From Endomicrobiales bacterium (GTDB lineage: Bacteria; Elusimicrobiota; Endomicrobiia; Endomicrobiales; CAWCFT01), in NCBI GenBank assembly GCA_963794945.1, contig CAWCFT010000001.1, positions 256,001-320,000 of the forward strand: a stretch of DNA of 64,000 nt. The letters run 5' to 3'. The position numbers and the translations under genes were made by a program. Of the stretch, positions 1-9,168 are shown one piece after another. Position 1 is the stretch's first letter; every line of letters starts with the position of its first letter. Below the pieces are notes generated by a model. It was given only the letters and a program-made list of their open reading frames with translations, did no database searches and had not been told where the DNA came from.

Positions 1-478
1 TCGGGTTCTTGGGGCGTACACCCACCCTGTCAGGCGAGTATTCCATTCCATGAATAAAGAAGGGCCTGCCATCAACGAGGAGACGCCAGTGGCCGTTGGA
101 ATATTTTACTATGCACACCCTGCCGTGGCACGACCTTTGTATCTCGTATGGTTGTTCTTCGGGTTTTGTTGCTGTTGCAGTTGATTCAGATACGGTAGGT
201 TGTAGCGGCAACACTTCAGCCGGGGTCGAAACTTGGTTAGAAAAGGAATCAGTACTTGAGATAATTTGTGTATCGTTTATATGAACGGCAGGCTGCTGGG
301 ATGTGAATCCGTTTGATGTTGATACCACAACTGGAAGAGAAGCAGCGCCTGAAATATTCTGAGAATCGCTTACAGGTGCAGCGGGATTATCTGCTGCCGA
401 TTCCGGCTCTCTACCTGAAACTATTCCGCACGCGACCACAAGCGGCAGTATCAGAAACGGGATAAATCTTATTTTCAT
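1..478 (-). CDS. Secreted GH2/clan GH-A-like glycoside hydrolase paralogue, 5' part only (runs off the window edge)
   Basis: Not in the ORF track. My translation from ATG 478 reads MKIRFIPFLILPLVVACG (signal peptide), then an S/T/P-rich linker, then VKYSNGHWRLLVDGRPFFIHGMEYSPDRVG, which resembles LKYDNDSWQLTVDGKPYYIRGIAYMPNKVG in the upstream gene. ATGA overlap with that gene's stop. Confidence 0.8.
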   Translation of the reverse strand, partial: MKIRFIPFLILPLVVACGIVSGREPESAADNPAAPVSDSQNISGAASLPVVVSTSNGFTSQQPAVHINDTQIISSTDSFSNQVSTPAEVLPLQPTVSESTATATKPEEQPYEIQRSCHGRVCIVKYSNGHWRLLVDGRPFFIHGMEYSPDRVGVRPKNP

Positions 479-2448
479 TTATATTTTTCCCACAGCTTCA
501 TCAAGTCGAAATAGGCCGGCCTCAGCTGGCGCTCGAATGGGCTGTGTTTGCCATTGCCCTGAGAGGTTATGCCAAGCCACTCTTCGTAGCTCCAACCGTC
601 AAGGAACGGAGCGCCGAACTGCGGCACCGTATCGTGCTGGTATGGTTTAAGGTTCTTGTACATTTCACTTCTCTTGGCGTACCATTCCTTTTTTTGCCGC
701 TGGATCTTTAGCGGAAGGTCTGAATTCGCTTTCCACCACTCGTCTACCCATTCAAAAAGTATTCCGCCAAGGGCGTTACCGCTGCCTCGGCCCGCAAAAT
801 TGTCTTCGATATCAAGCCAGTTGCCTCTGAGATATTCAGCCTGCCCCTGCTCGGCTTTCTCCAGGCTCCAGTCTGGATGATAAGCGGAACACCCGTACTC
901 GGTTACCAGCACCGGCCTGTCGAAAACCCTCGCCACATCCCTCCACAGAGAGCCGAACCCCTGCGCGCCGCGGTAAGCATTTGCGCCGAAAACATCAAGT
1001 TCGGGAGCGTTCTTCGCACAAATGTCTAAAAACAGCGTGTCCCCGTTGCATATAGAGACCGGCCTTTTTTGAGGGTCAAGCGATTTTATAAGTTTTGCGG
1101 CCTCGTTTACGAACTTGTAGTACGCCTCAGGCTGTATCTTGGTGCGGCATCCTGACCCGCACGACTCGCCCTCTTTCCCGGGCTCCGCGTAATTATTCTC
1201 GTTGCCAAGCACCCACATGAGCACGTACGGCTCATCTTTATATTCCTCTACCATCTTGCGGACCTGCTCAAGCATGTTCTTTATATGCGTTGGATTCGTG
1301 TAATCAGTGCCGTTATACCAGTCGGCGCCGGAACCTATTGCGTACATGCCTATCGGGTCGCCTACAAGGTACATAAAACCAAAATTCTCATAGCCTTCTT
1401 TTAAAAGCTGTTTATTCAGGCCGATGTGGTCATAAAGCCTTATTGTATTGACGCCCATATCCTTCATTAACTTAAAATCGCCAACCGGTGGTTCGTCCTT
1501 ATCCTGCTTGTCGTTCCTGTTCTTATCTACCCAGCTGTCATATGCAGCATCGTTCTTGCCGTTCTTGTTCTCATCTGCATACATCCAATCCCGGTGAACG
1601 TTTAGCGTGTGGTTATCCGGGCTTAAACCAACCTTGTTCGGCATGTACGCTATCCCACGTATGTAATATGGTTTCCCGTCAACTGTAAGCTGCCAGCTGT
1701 CGTTATCGTACTTGAGAAGTTTTACTTTTCCCTCACCCACCACTTTTACAACCGTGCTTTTGGACATGTCAGCAGGCGGCTCCGCTACATCTTCCGGCTT
1801 GACGCTCATGATCCTGCCGGGGTTAACCGTAAAAATATCGTTTTTCAGGTCATCGTCGAATGAATTATCGATTATAACGGACGCGCCTTCAAGCTTCATA
1901 CCCAGATCGGGGTTCTGCCTGCAGAGGTAATTGACCTTGTCCATCGCCACCGAACCGATGTACCACGGTGTGCCCCAGTAAGTGATACCGTGCGACCGCG
2001 GAAAAAAAACCAATATATCATAATAAGCCTTTATAGCCTGTTTGATAAGCCCTGCTTTTTCCAGCGCCACTGCGGCGTTATAAAGTTTTGGCCCCGGGTC
2101 TTCCGCGACTTCAGCCCATTTATAGAAATTCGCCTGATAATCGTCTGTATCGGTGAAGTCCCATTGACTTCCTATTAGTTTTCCCGAATTCTTGAAATTT
2201 AAATAGGCCGGGTCCTTCAGCACTGATTTCGTGTTCGGGAATATACCTTCGCCTACTGCCTGCGCGAGCCCTGCGCCATCGGTTATAGCGTATTTGTAGT
2301 TTGTTGTGCCGGCTTTCAGGAACTTGCCGTACTTTTCATAGTCGACGATATCTTCGGTGCCTGGATCGGCAAGCTCGAATAAAGCGGCATTCGCGGAAAT
2401 GAACGGAAAAACGGCAAACATTAAAAAAACAAATAGTTTTTTATCCAT
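475..2448 (-). CDS. Secreted glycoside hydrolase, GH2/clan GH-A TIM barrel, with an uncharacterised N-terminal domain
   Basis: Signal peptide; MGVNTIRLY; WVLGNE (acid/base Glu); VTEYG (nucleophile Glu); FEWVDEWWK. Confidence 0.8.
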   Translation of the reverse strand: MDKKLFVFLMFAVFPFISANAALFELADPGTEDIVDYEKYGKFLKAGTTNYKYAITDGAGLAQAVGEGIFPNTKSVLKDPAYLNFKNSGKLIGSQWDFTDTDDYQANFYKWAEVAEDPGPKLYNAAVALEKAGLIKQAIKAYYDILVFFPRSHGITYWGTPWYIGSVAMDKVNYLCRQNPDLGMKLEGASVIIDNSFDDDLKNDIFTVNPGRIMSVKPEDVAEPPADMSKSTVVKVVGEGKVKLLKYDNDSWQLTVDGKPYYIRGIAYMPNKVGLSPDNHTLNVHRDWMYADENKNGKNDAAYDSWVDKNRNDKQDKDEPPVGDFKLMKDMGVNTIRLYDHIGLNKQLLKEGYENFGFMYLVGDPIGMYAIGSGADWYNGTDYTNPTHIKNMLEQVRKMVEEYKDEPYVLMWVLGNENNYAEPGKEGESCGSGCRTKIQPEAYYKFVNEAAKLIKSLDPQKRPVSICNGDTLFLDICAKNAPELDVFGANAYRGAQGFGSLWRDVARVFDRPVLVTEYGCSAYHPDWSLEKAEQGQAEYLRGNWLDIEDNFAGRGSGNALGGILFEWVDEWWKANSDLPLKIQRQKKEWYAKRSEMYKNLKPYQHDTVPQFGAPFLDGWSYEEWLGITSQGNGKHSPFERQLRPAYFDLMKLWEKYK

Positions 2449-2478
2449 GATCCTCTCTTATTTTAGCCTATAATATAA

Positions 2479-2732
2479 AAAAATCAAGCAACAAATATCA
2501 AAATTTAGACCGTTGAAAAAGTCATCAACGGTCTTGATTGCAATGATTATTAACCGCGATTACAGCGATTATAAGTTTTTAAATCACTGTAATCTTTGTT
2601 TTTAATCGCTGTAATCAGAGATTATTGGGGGTTTTTCAATAATCTCAAATTTTGTCTTTCGCCTTCGGCGCATTATTTAAAATAATCCGCTCAGGTGATA
2701 AAAATAAATTTGATTTTGGTTGTTTGATTTTT
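2479..2732. repeat. Heptamer-arm inverted-repeat element E1 (TCAAA type) containing a nested insert
   Basis: Arm AAAAATCAAGCAACAAATATCAAAATTT (2479-2506) is near-complementary to AAATTTGATTTTGGTTGTTTGATTTTT (2706-2732). Confidence 0.7.
2507..2646. mobile_element. MITE-like 140-bp insert
   Basis: Ends are AGACCGTTGAAAAA and (reverse complement) AGATTATTGAAAAA; flanked by direct repeat AAATTT (2501-2506, 2647-2652); internal inverted repeat GATTACAGCGATTA/TAATCGCTGTAATC. Confidence 0.5.
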
Positions 2733-2752
2733 GTATTACCTTTTATTGAACA

Positions 2753-2824
2753 TGGGTAGTGCAGGGTTTGAACCTGCGACCCTTCGCGTGTAAGGCGAAT
2801 GCTCTGCCGCTGAGCTAACTACCC
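2753..2824 (-). tRNA. tRNA-Val(TAC), CCA not encoded
   Basis: GGGTAGT/ACTACCC acceptor stem; anticodon arm TTCGC-CTTACAC-GCGAA; T loop GGTTCAAACC. Confidence 0.95.
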
Positions 2825-2868
2825 GATATGAAATATTCTTTGGATTATACTTTATTTGTAGCTGGAAA

Positions 2869-3828
2869 TCAATTTGAACCAGCGTTAACAGCCTTCGCTC
2901 TCTTCTTTCTGTTCTTTATCTTGTTGCTTATATGCTCGCTGAAATACCGGGAGAACATATGCGTGCCGGAGCTTGCGGCCACAAAGAACATGTCTTCAGT
3001 CTCTTCAGGGTTGAGCGCGGCGTTTATAGAATCCAATCCCGGGTTGCATATCGGGCCTGGCGGAAGGCCGAAGCATCTGTAAGTATTGTACGGAGAGTTT
3101 ACCTTTATGTCCTTGTAGCTCAGCCTGGGCTTGTGGCCTCCCAGCGCATATTGGACAGTAGCGCATGATTCCAGGTACCAGCCTTTTTTTAGCCTGTTGT
3201 AAAAAACCCCTGCGATCTTAGCCTTCTCTCTTTTTACCACAGCCTCTTTTTCGATTATAGAAGCCAGCGTCAATATCTTCTTTTCCCCCATCTTGAGCTC
3301 GTCGGCCCGTTCCTGCATTTTGGGAGTAAAGTTCTTGTCGAACTCTTTAAGCATTTTATCTATCACTACTTGTTCCGGCAGGTTCCTGTCGAAATAATAC
3401 GTGTCGGGGAACAGATGACCCTCGAGCTGTTTTTCCCTGACAATATTGAGAAAACGGTCCTTATTTACGATACCCTTGGCCGAAAGCGCATCGGCTACCT
3501 CAACCGCTGTGAACCCTTCAGGGATCGTTACCCTCTGGTACGCCCCCCTGCCGGCACTGATCATTCTTATTATTCCGAATATACTGGAACGGGCCGGAAT
3601 TAGGTAAGTCCCGGCCTTTAACTGCCTAGATTTGCCAAATACCTTTACAACGGCTCTGAACACAGTTCTTGAAGCAATGGCATTGGCGCTGTAAAGCGAT
3701 TCGGCTATCTGTTTCGCTGATGAATTTTCGTTAATTACTATGGTTGCTGGCTTAGAAGGCAGGCTTATCCACCACGAAATCAGCAGAGCGAACACTGCTA
3801 TAAATATCAATCCGATGATCTTTTTCAT
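2869..3828 (-). CDS. mltG: Endolytic murein transglycosylase MltG
   Basis: VTIPEG, LEGHLFPDTY, LASIIEKE, SPYNTY..GLPPGPICNPG; N-terminal TM helix. Confidence 0.95.
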   Translation of the reverse strand: MKKIIGLIFIAVFALLISWWISLPSKPATIVINENSSAKQIAESLYSANAIASRTVFRAVVKVFGKSRQLKAGTYLIPARSSIFGIIRMISAGRGAYQRVTIPEGFTAVEVADALSAKGIVNKDRFLNIVREKQLEGHLFPDTYYFDRNLPEQVVIDKMLKEFDKNFTPKMQERADELKMGEKKILTLASIIEKEAVVKREKAKIAGVFYNRLKKGWYLESCATVQYALGGHKPRLSYKDIKVNSPYNTYRCFGLPPGPICNPGLDSINAALNPEETEDMFFVAASSGTHMFSRYFSEHISNKIKNRKKRAKAVNAGSN

Positions 3829-4325
3829 TTATGTTTTAGCCAGAGGTCATTAAGTTCTTTATCGATTTTTTCTGTTTCGGGAGCGTCAAGTTTGCCATCA
3901 TCACAGGGTTGTTCGAGTTTATTTTCAGGCAATATCCTATTGATAAATTCTTCAACACCCATGAATCCTGCGCCAGTACCGCCTAAGAGACGCCTTATCC
4001 CCTTATCGTTTGTTACAACGACTATATCTGCTGGATTTTCCACATTCAAAACAAGCTCTTCGATGCGTGTGTCTGCGGTTTTTCCTTCACTGAAGAGCAC
4101 TTTAATCCCGTGATACAAAGTGGCCGAAGCGCTTGACGCCAGCATCGGCGCGCTCTCGGGGCCGTCAAAAACCACTGTGATATTTTTCCTTCCCTTTGAA
4201 CTACCAAGGAATTGCCGGAGCAGCTCCAGTAGGAAATTCCTCTGGTTCTGAAGAGGCCCTTTTGCGATCAGCCTGTCCGGGCCGGATTTGATTATATTGT
4301 AACCATCTAAAACGTAGTGAACCAT
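3825..4325 (-). CDS. NYN-domain (YacP/Rae1-like) ribonuclease
   Basis: VLDGYN, VVFDG, TAD..IE and VVTND PIN/NYN acidic motifs. Confidence 0.85.
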   Translation of the reverse strand: MVHYVLDGYNIIKSGPDRLIAKGPLQNQRNFLLELLRQFLGSSKGRKNITVVFDGPESAPMLASSASATLYHGIKVLFSEGKTADTRIEELVLNVENPADIVVVTNDKGIRRLLGGTGAGFMGVEEFINRILPENKLEQPCDDGKLDAPETEKIDKELNDLWLKHK

Positions 4326-4330
4326 TTTTT

Positions 4331-4750
4331 TCAGCCCTTTACTGAATCCAGGTAAGACTGCAGAATCAGCGCCGCCGCTACTTTATCACGCAGGCCTTTT
4401 CTTTTTTCGCGCGAGAAGTCCGCCTCTTCCTCAAGTATTCTGTTCGCCTGCAGGGTGGTAAGCCTCTCATCTATGAACTTTATATCTATATTGAACTTTT
4501 CCTGCAATTTATTAGCAAAAGACCTGACATCTTCCGTAAGCACTCCCGAAGAACCGTCCATATTGAGCGGGTCACCCACAACGATAAGCGAAATGTCCTG
4601 TTCTTTTATTATGCGCCCAAGCTCTACGAAAGTTTTTTCGTTCGATTCCCTGTTGATCACTGTGAGCGGGCAGGCGGTTATCCCCATGACGTCAGAAAGC
4701 GCGAGCCCGATCCTTCTGCTCCCGAAATCTACTCCTAACACCCTAGGCAT
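4331..4750 (-). CDS. ruvX: YqgF/RuvX family nuclease
   Basis: LGVDFGSRRIGLALSD, VVGDPLNMDG, DERLTT, AAALILQSYLD. Confidence 0.95.
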   Translation of the reverse strand: MPRVLGVDFGSRRIGLALSDVMGITACPLTVINRESNEKTFVELGRIIKEQDISLIVVGDPLNMDGSSGVLTEDVRSFANKLQEKFNIDIKFIDERLTTLQANRILEEEADFSREKRKGLRDKVAAALILQSYLDSVKG

Positions 4751-4766
4751 TTGATATTCCTTCTGG

Positions 4767-5499
4767 TTATTTCAGCCATACGTACTGTTTTAGAGGCTCG
4801 CTTGATCTTAATTGTTCAACGGTTACGAACTGGTAGCCGCGCTCCCTTAGCGATCTTATTATTGCCGGGAGAGCAGCTATAGTCGGAGACGCGGCCGGAG
4901 TGCATAAGAACGACACCGCCGTCACTCGCTTGCTCCAACACCCTTTTAATGATTATATCCGGGTTTTCTTCTTCGTGATCCTTAGGGAAAACAAACCAAA
5001 GCACCATTGCCTGCCCCATCGAATCAGCTATCATTTTCACTCTTTCGTTATACTGGCCGCCAGGCGGACGGTAAAAAAGGCATTTCTTGCCTGAGATATC
5101 TTCAATGACCGAGCGGGCCATGCCCAATTCTTTTTCTATCCCTTCATCTGAAAGTTTGGTAAGGTTCTTGTGCAGGAAACCGTGCACCTCAAGCTCATGG
5201 CCCGCCACTGAAAGCTCTTCGATAAGCTGCGGGTATTCCATCGCCATCCTTCCGACTATAAAAAATGTCGCATGTACTTTATTCTCGGCAAGCACATCGA
5301 TCAGTTTGTCGGTATAATAAGGGTGCGGGCCGTCATCGAAAGTTAGCGCTATCTTGTGAGGGTACCTTGGGTTTTGAAAAGCAAAATCCTGAACGAAGTC
5401 TTTTGAAGAAACAACTATGCTGCCGGTAAGAAGAAGTACAATGAATGCAACTATTATCTCGTAACGGTAAATTACGAGATGGAAATCGATTTTAAGCAT
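4767..5499 (-). CDS. Polysaccharide/peptidoglycan deacetylase (CE4); apparent +1 indel near 4888
   Basis: ALTFDDGP, ATFF, H..H, YRPPGG, VLMH. The alternative frame continues PTIAALPAIIRSLRERGYQFVTVEQL to a stop at 4767. Confidence 0.85.
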
Positions 5500-6035
5500 A
5501 TGTATTCGGCGCCTTTGGGATCGAGATTGCTCTGCATTATATCAATGCTTTTAACAGTGAAACTGCCAACCTTTCTGGGGCTCGGCACAAGCTGACGTTT
5601 TGTTATTGTGCCCACACCATGCTCCGCCCGGACCCTTCCGAGTGTAAGGTGAGGAGAGAAGGGCCTCGTTTCTTTTGCGATCCCAAGCCCAAGGCTCAAG
5701 AGTTTATCTTCTATAGCCTGCGCGAGTTTAGCAAGCGTTTCCCTTCCGCCATCGATGTCTACCCGAACAACCCTGGGGTGCGCGTCGTTAGGAAAATCAC
5801 CTGAAACTGAAAACGATACATCAAATGGCTTGAAGGGTTTCGTGCTCTCCTCTATCGCCTCCGTTATCTCTGCGACATAATCTTTCTGTACTTCACCGAG
5901 AAACTTCAGCGTTATATGAAGTTTATCTGCCGCTACCCATTTTACGCTTTCGATAGAATGTTTCAGGTGTTCCTGTATTTCCGTTATACCGGTTTTTAAT
6001 TCATCCGGGATATTTACCGCCACAAATAAACGCAT
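5472..6035 (-). CDS. thpR: RNA 2',3'-cyclic phosphodiesterase (2H family)
   Basis: MRLFVAV; HITLKFLG and PHLTLGR (two HxT motifs); adjacent to cinA. Confidence 0.93.
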   Translation of the reverse strand: MRLFVAVNIPDELKTGITEIQEHLKHSIESVKWVAADKLHITLKFLGEVQKDYVAEITEAIEESTKPFKPFDVSFSVSGDFPNDAHPRVVRVDIDGGRETLAKLAQAIEDKLLSLGLGIAKETRPFSPHLTLGRVRAEHGVGTITKRQLVPSPRKVGSFTVKSIDIMQSNLDPKGAEYICLKSISIS

Positions 6036-6053
6036 AAATTACCTCTTTAAATT

Positions 6054-6232
6054 TCAAAAATCAAATGTCAAATATCAAAATTAAGGTTAACAACTTAAAT
6101 AAAAACTAGAAGGTTATCTGCACTAGTTTTGTCTATCTTTGAATCTATTTTTTATTCTTAATTTGTCATTTTGATCTTTAATGTTTTCCGCCAAAGGCGG
6201 ATCTGCCTTTGGCATGAGATATTTGACTTTTT
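6054..6232. repeat. Heptamer-arm inverted-repeat element E2 (TCAAA type) with a GC palindrome insert
   Basis: Left arm TCAAAAA TCAAATG TCAAATA TCAAAAT; right arm TTTTGATCTTTAATG..ATATTTGACTTTTTG interrupted by TCCGCCAAAGGCGGATCTGCCTTTGGCA (6187-6214). Confidence 0.75.
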
Positions 6233-7506
6233 TGCCCCGCAAGAAGCACCCGGCGCAGTAAATCCAGTGCGTAGTTAGTGGCCCTTTCTCTAACTTCGGC
6301 CCGTGAACCCGGCCATTCGGAACGGTAGACTCTCGTCTCCTCCGGACCAGCCATCCCGATGAAGACAAGCCCGACGGGTTTCTCTGCGGTTCCGCCTGAC
6401 GGGCCGGCAACACCTGTTATGGAGACGGCGAAATCAGCGCCTGAGACTTTCTTTGCGCCCAGCGCCATCTCGGACGCCGTTTGTTCGCTCACGGCCCCGA
6501 AAGACTTTAATGTGTCTTCGCTCACCCCCAACTGCCTCATTTTCGACTTGTTGGAGTAAGTGACGAACCCTTCCTGGAAGTAGAATGAACTTCCCGGGAC
6601 TGATGTTAATTTCTGGGAAAGCAAACCACCAGTGCACGATTCGGCAACCACCAGGGTGCTCTTATTTTTCATGAGCAAACCGCCCGCAACGCTTTCCAGA
6701 GTGGCCTTGCCCTCGCCAAATATATTGTCGCCGAGGGCTTCATAGAACTCATTCTTTATGTTATGTATCATCTCGTCTACAAGCATCTCGTCTTTGCCTG
6801 AAACAGTGGCCTTTATGTCCAGCACCATCTGGTGCGCGAGGATCGTAAAAGACACGTCGCCGGAGTCAAGCCTGCGTTCGGCATCTATAATATGTTTTAT
6901 TTTTTCATCGGCCACAGATTCTCCGAGCCCGCAAACGTGCAGGGTAAATGATTTCTTTATAATGGTTTCGTACTTTTTCAGGTAAGGGAATACTTCCTTA
7001 TCGAACATGGACTGCATTTCCCGTGGCGGGCCCGGCAGCAGGAATATGTAAACGTTGGATGATTTATTTTCTTTGCCTTCTTTTTTTAGTACCAGAAGTT
7101 GACCCGGAGCAGTGCCCATAGGGTTCGGAAGTATCTTGGCCCCATCAATAACGTACGCCTGACGCTCGTTGTTCTTGGGCATATCTATGCCCCTCTTTAC
7201 GAACATCGCCGCTATCGCGCTAAGAGCCTCCCGGTTAAGCACAAGTTTTTTGCCGGCCACTTTCGCGACGGCTTCCCTTGTTATATCGTCAAATGTCGGC
7301 CCAAGGCCGCCGGTAATAATAATTACTGCGCTGCGTTTGATCGCGGTATCGAGAGCGCTTTCCATGTGTGCCGGGGTATCCCCGACCGTAACGATATACT
7401 CAAGCGATAACCCCAGCGTGCTGAGCCTCTCGCCGATGTAGCCCGCGTTCGTATTGAGTTTACCTTCAAGCAGTTCAGTGCCGACGCAAATCAGTTCTGT
7501 GTTCAT
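6178..7506 (-). CDS. cinA: Competence/damage-inducible protein CinA (MoCF-like domain plus NMN deamidase PncC domain)
   Basis: ICVGTELL, TGGLGPTFDDIT, LPGPPREM, AESCTGG, GAVSE, SITGVAGP; start moved to ATG 7506 behind a GAGG RBS. Confidence 0.95.
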   Translation of the reverse strand: MNTELICVGTELLEGKLNTNAGYIGERLSTLGLSLEYIVTVGDTPAHMESALDTAIKRSAVIIITGGLGPTFDDITREAVAKVAGKKLVLNREALSAIAAMFVKRGIDMPKNNERQAYVIDGAKILPNPMGTAPGQLLVLKKEGKENKSSNVYIFLLPGPPREMQSMFDKEVFPYLKKYETIIKKSFTLHVCGLGESVADEKIKHIIDAERRLDSGDVSFTILAHQMVLDIKATVSGKDEMLVDEMIHNIKNEFYEALGDNIFGEGKATLESVAGGLLMKNKSTLVVAESCTGGLLSQKLTSVPGSSFYFQEGFVTYSNKSKMRQLGVSEDTLKSFGAVSEQTASEMALGAKKVSGADFAVSITGVAGPSGGTAEKPVGLVFIGMAGPEETRVYRSEWPGSRAEVRERATNYALDLLRRVLLAGQKSQISHAKGRSAFGGKH

Positions 7507-7516
7507 GTTAACCTCT

Positions 7517-7655
7517 AGTCGTAAGCTATAAGCTGTAAGAAAAATCATAACAACAATTCATATGTCTTCTCTAAAAGCTTGTAGCTTATAGCCTGCAGCT
7601 GCCGTTTGTTTTGTCTTGCCTGCTTACAGCTTATAACTTATAGCGTACAGCTGCC
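7517..7655. repeat. Heptamer-arm inverted-repeat element E3 (TAAGCT type; one arm tandemly duplicated)
   Basis: GTAAGCTATAAGCTGTAAG versus GCTTGTAGCTTATAGCCTGCAGCTGCC and CTTACAGCTTATAACTTATAGCGTACAGCTGCC. Confidence 0.8.
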
Positions 7656-7656
7656 T

Positions 7657-7956
7657 TTAGTGGTAAAACCCTATTTTCTTTTCAGCCTCTGTCTGGACGT
7701 TCGCCTTGATCTCTCCGAACTTTGCTTCGTATTTCGCGATATTTTCTTTCAGCGCGGCTAAAAACCTTTTCGCGTGGGCCGGCGATGTTATCACCCGCGA
7801 CCTGACTTTCGCGCGCGGAGCCTGCGGCTGAATGAAAAGGAAATCCAGTATGAACTCGCTGTCAGAATGGGCGATCATGGCCAGGTTAGAGTATGAACCC
7901 TGGGCTGTCAGTTCATCGATCTCGATCTGTATCTCGGGTTTTTTAATTTCTTCCAT
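7657..7956 (-). CDS. DUF3467 family protein
   Basis: GSYSNLAMIAHSDSEFILDF, RVITSPAHAKRFL. Confidence 0.85.
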   Translation of the reverse strand: MEEIKKPEIQIEIDELTAQGSYSNLAMIAHSDSEFILDFLFIQPQAPRAKVRSRVITSPAHAKRFLAALKENIAKYEAKFGEIKANVQTEAEKKIGFYH

Positions 7957-7975
7957 GTTTTAACTCCTCCTAAGT

Positions 7976-8067
7976 TAAGTGATAATGGCTAAGGGTTAAG
8001 TAGTAAGCAAAACCTCAAAACTTTCAGGGTCTTATGCCGTTCACTTATCCCTTACCGCTTACCCCTT
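7976..8067. repeat. Heptamer-arm inverted-repeat element E4 (TAAGGG type)
   Basis: TAAGTGA TAATGGC TAAGGGT TAAGTAG TAAG ... CTTATCC CTTACCG CTTACCC CTT. Confidence 0.75.
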
Positions 8068-8068
8068 G

Positions 8069-9142
8069 CTATAATCCTATAGCTTTCAAAATTTCCTTTA
8101 TGTCCGCTTTTACAGCCTGCGGTTTCGCGGCGCAGGCAATGGCCCTGTCAGGGTCTTTGAGCCCGTGGCCGGTGAGTATACAGACAACCTGTATCTCTTT
8201 GGCGTTCGCTATATCTTTAAAATAACCCTTTCTCGCATACTTTATGAGCCCCGCGATAGACGCGGCCGAACCCGGCTCGCAGAACACGCCCTCAACCGCG
8301 GCGACCAGCTTGTAGGCTTCCAAAATATCGTCGTCCGATACCATGTCTATAACGCCGTGCGATTCATCCCTGGCGGCCTCTGCCTGTTTCCATGACGCCG
8401 GATTGCCTATGCGGATGGCGGTAGCGAGCGTCTCGGGCTTTTCTATTGGGTGGCCGCGGACAATAGGCGCTGAACCTTCAGCCTGGAAACCCATCATTTT
8501 AGGTAGCGGATACTTTTTACCGTCAAGTTTATTGTATTGCTTGTATCCCGCCCAGTAAGCCGTTATATTTCCGGCATTACCGACCGGCATGAACTGAAAA
8601 TCCGGCGCCTTGTCTAGGTCATCGCATATCTCGAAAGCTCCGCTCTTCTGGCCTTCTATGCGGAAAGGGTTGACCGAATTGACCAAAGTCAGCGGGTATT
8701 TTTCGCTAAGCTCCCTGACAAGTGTAAGCGCAACGTCAAAATTGCCGTCAACACTTAACACCTGCGCACCATGCATTACGGCCTGCGAAAGTTTGCCCAA
8801 AGCTATTTTGCCTTCCGGAATAAGCACCACGCACTTAAGGCCCGCCCGCGCGGAATAAGCTGCCGCATACGCCGAAGTATTACCGGTCGAAGCGCAAACA
8901 ACCGCTTTTGACCCGGCTTCCACGGCCTTTGAAACAGCCATCGTCATTCCGCGGTCTTTGAACGAGCCGGTCGGGTTAAGCCCTTCATATTTAAAAAATA
9001 TCTTTCCGGGAAAACCAATTTTACCGGCAAGGTTAACAGCGGGTATCAGCGGCGTGTTGCCCTCAAGAAGCGTTATGACCGGAGTCTTGTCCGTGACTGG
9101 CAGATATTTCCTGTAACGTTCAATAATTCCTTTGTATGCCAT
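8069..9142 (-). CDS. thrC: Threonine synthase
   Basis: EGNTPL, NPTGSFKDRG (PLP lysine), CASTGNT, PVGNAGN, LTGHGLKDP. Confidence 0.96.
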   Translation of the reverse strand: MAYKGIIERYRKYLPVTDKTPVITLLEGNTPLIPAVNLAGKIGFPGKIFFKYEGLNPTGSFKDRGMTMAVSKAVEAGSKAVVCASTGNTSAYAAAYSARAGLKCVVLIPEGKIALGKLSQAVMHGAQVLSVDGNFDVALTLVRELSEKYPLTLVNSVNPFRIEGQKSGAFEICDDLDKAPDFQFMPVGNAGNITAYWAGYKQYNKLDGKKYPLPKMMGFQAEGSAPIVRGHPIEKPETLATAIRIGNPASWKQAEAARDESHGVIDMVSDDDILEAYKLVAAVEGVFCEPGSAASIAGLIKYARKGYFKDIANAKEIQVVCILTGHGLKDPDRAIACAAKPQAVKADIKEILKAIGL

Positions 9143-9168
9143 GTGGTTTTCCTCTCTTTTCCAGTTTT

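Noticed and set aside
6123..6413. 96-aa ORF ending KADPPLAENIKDQNDK
   Set aside because: Alternative-frame translation of cinA and repeat E2, not a gene.
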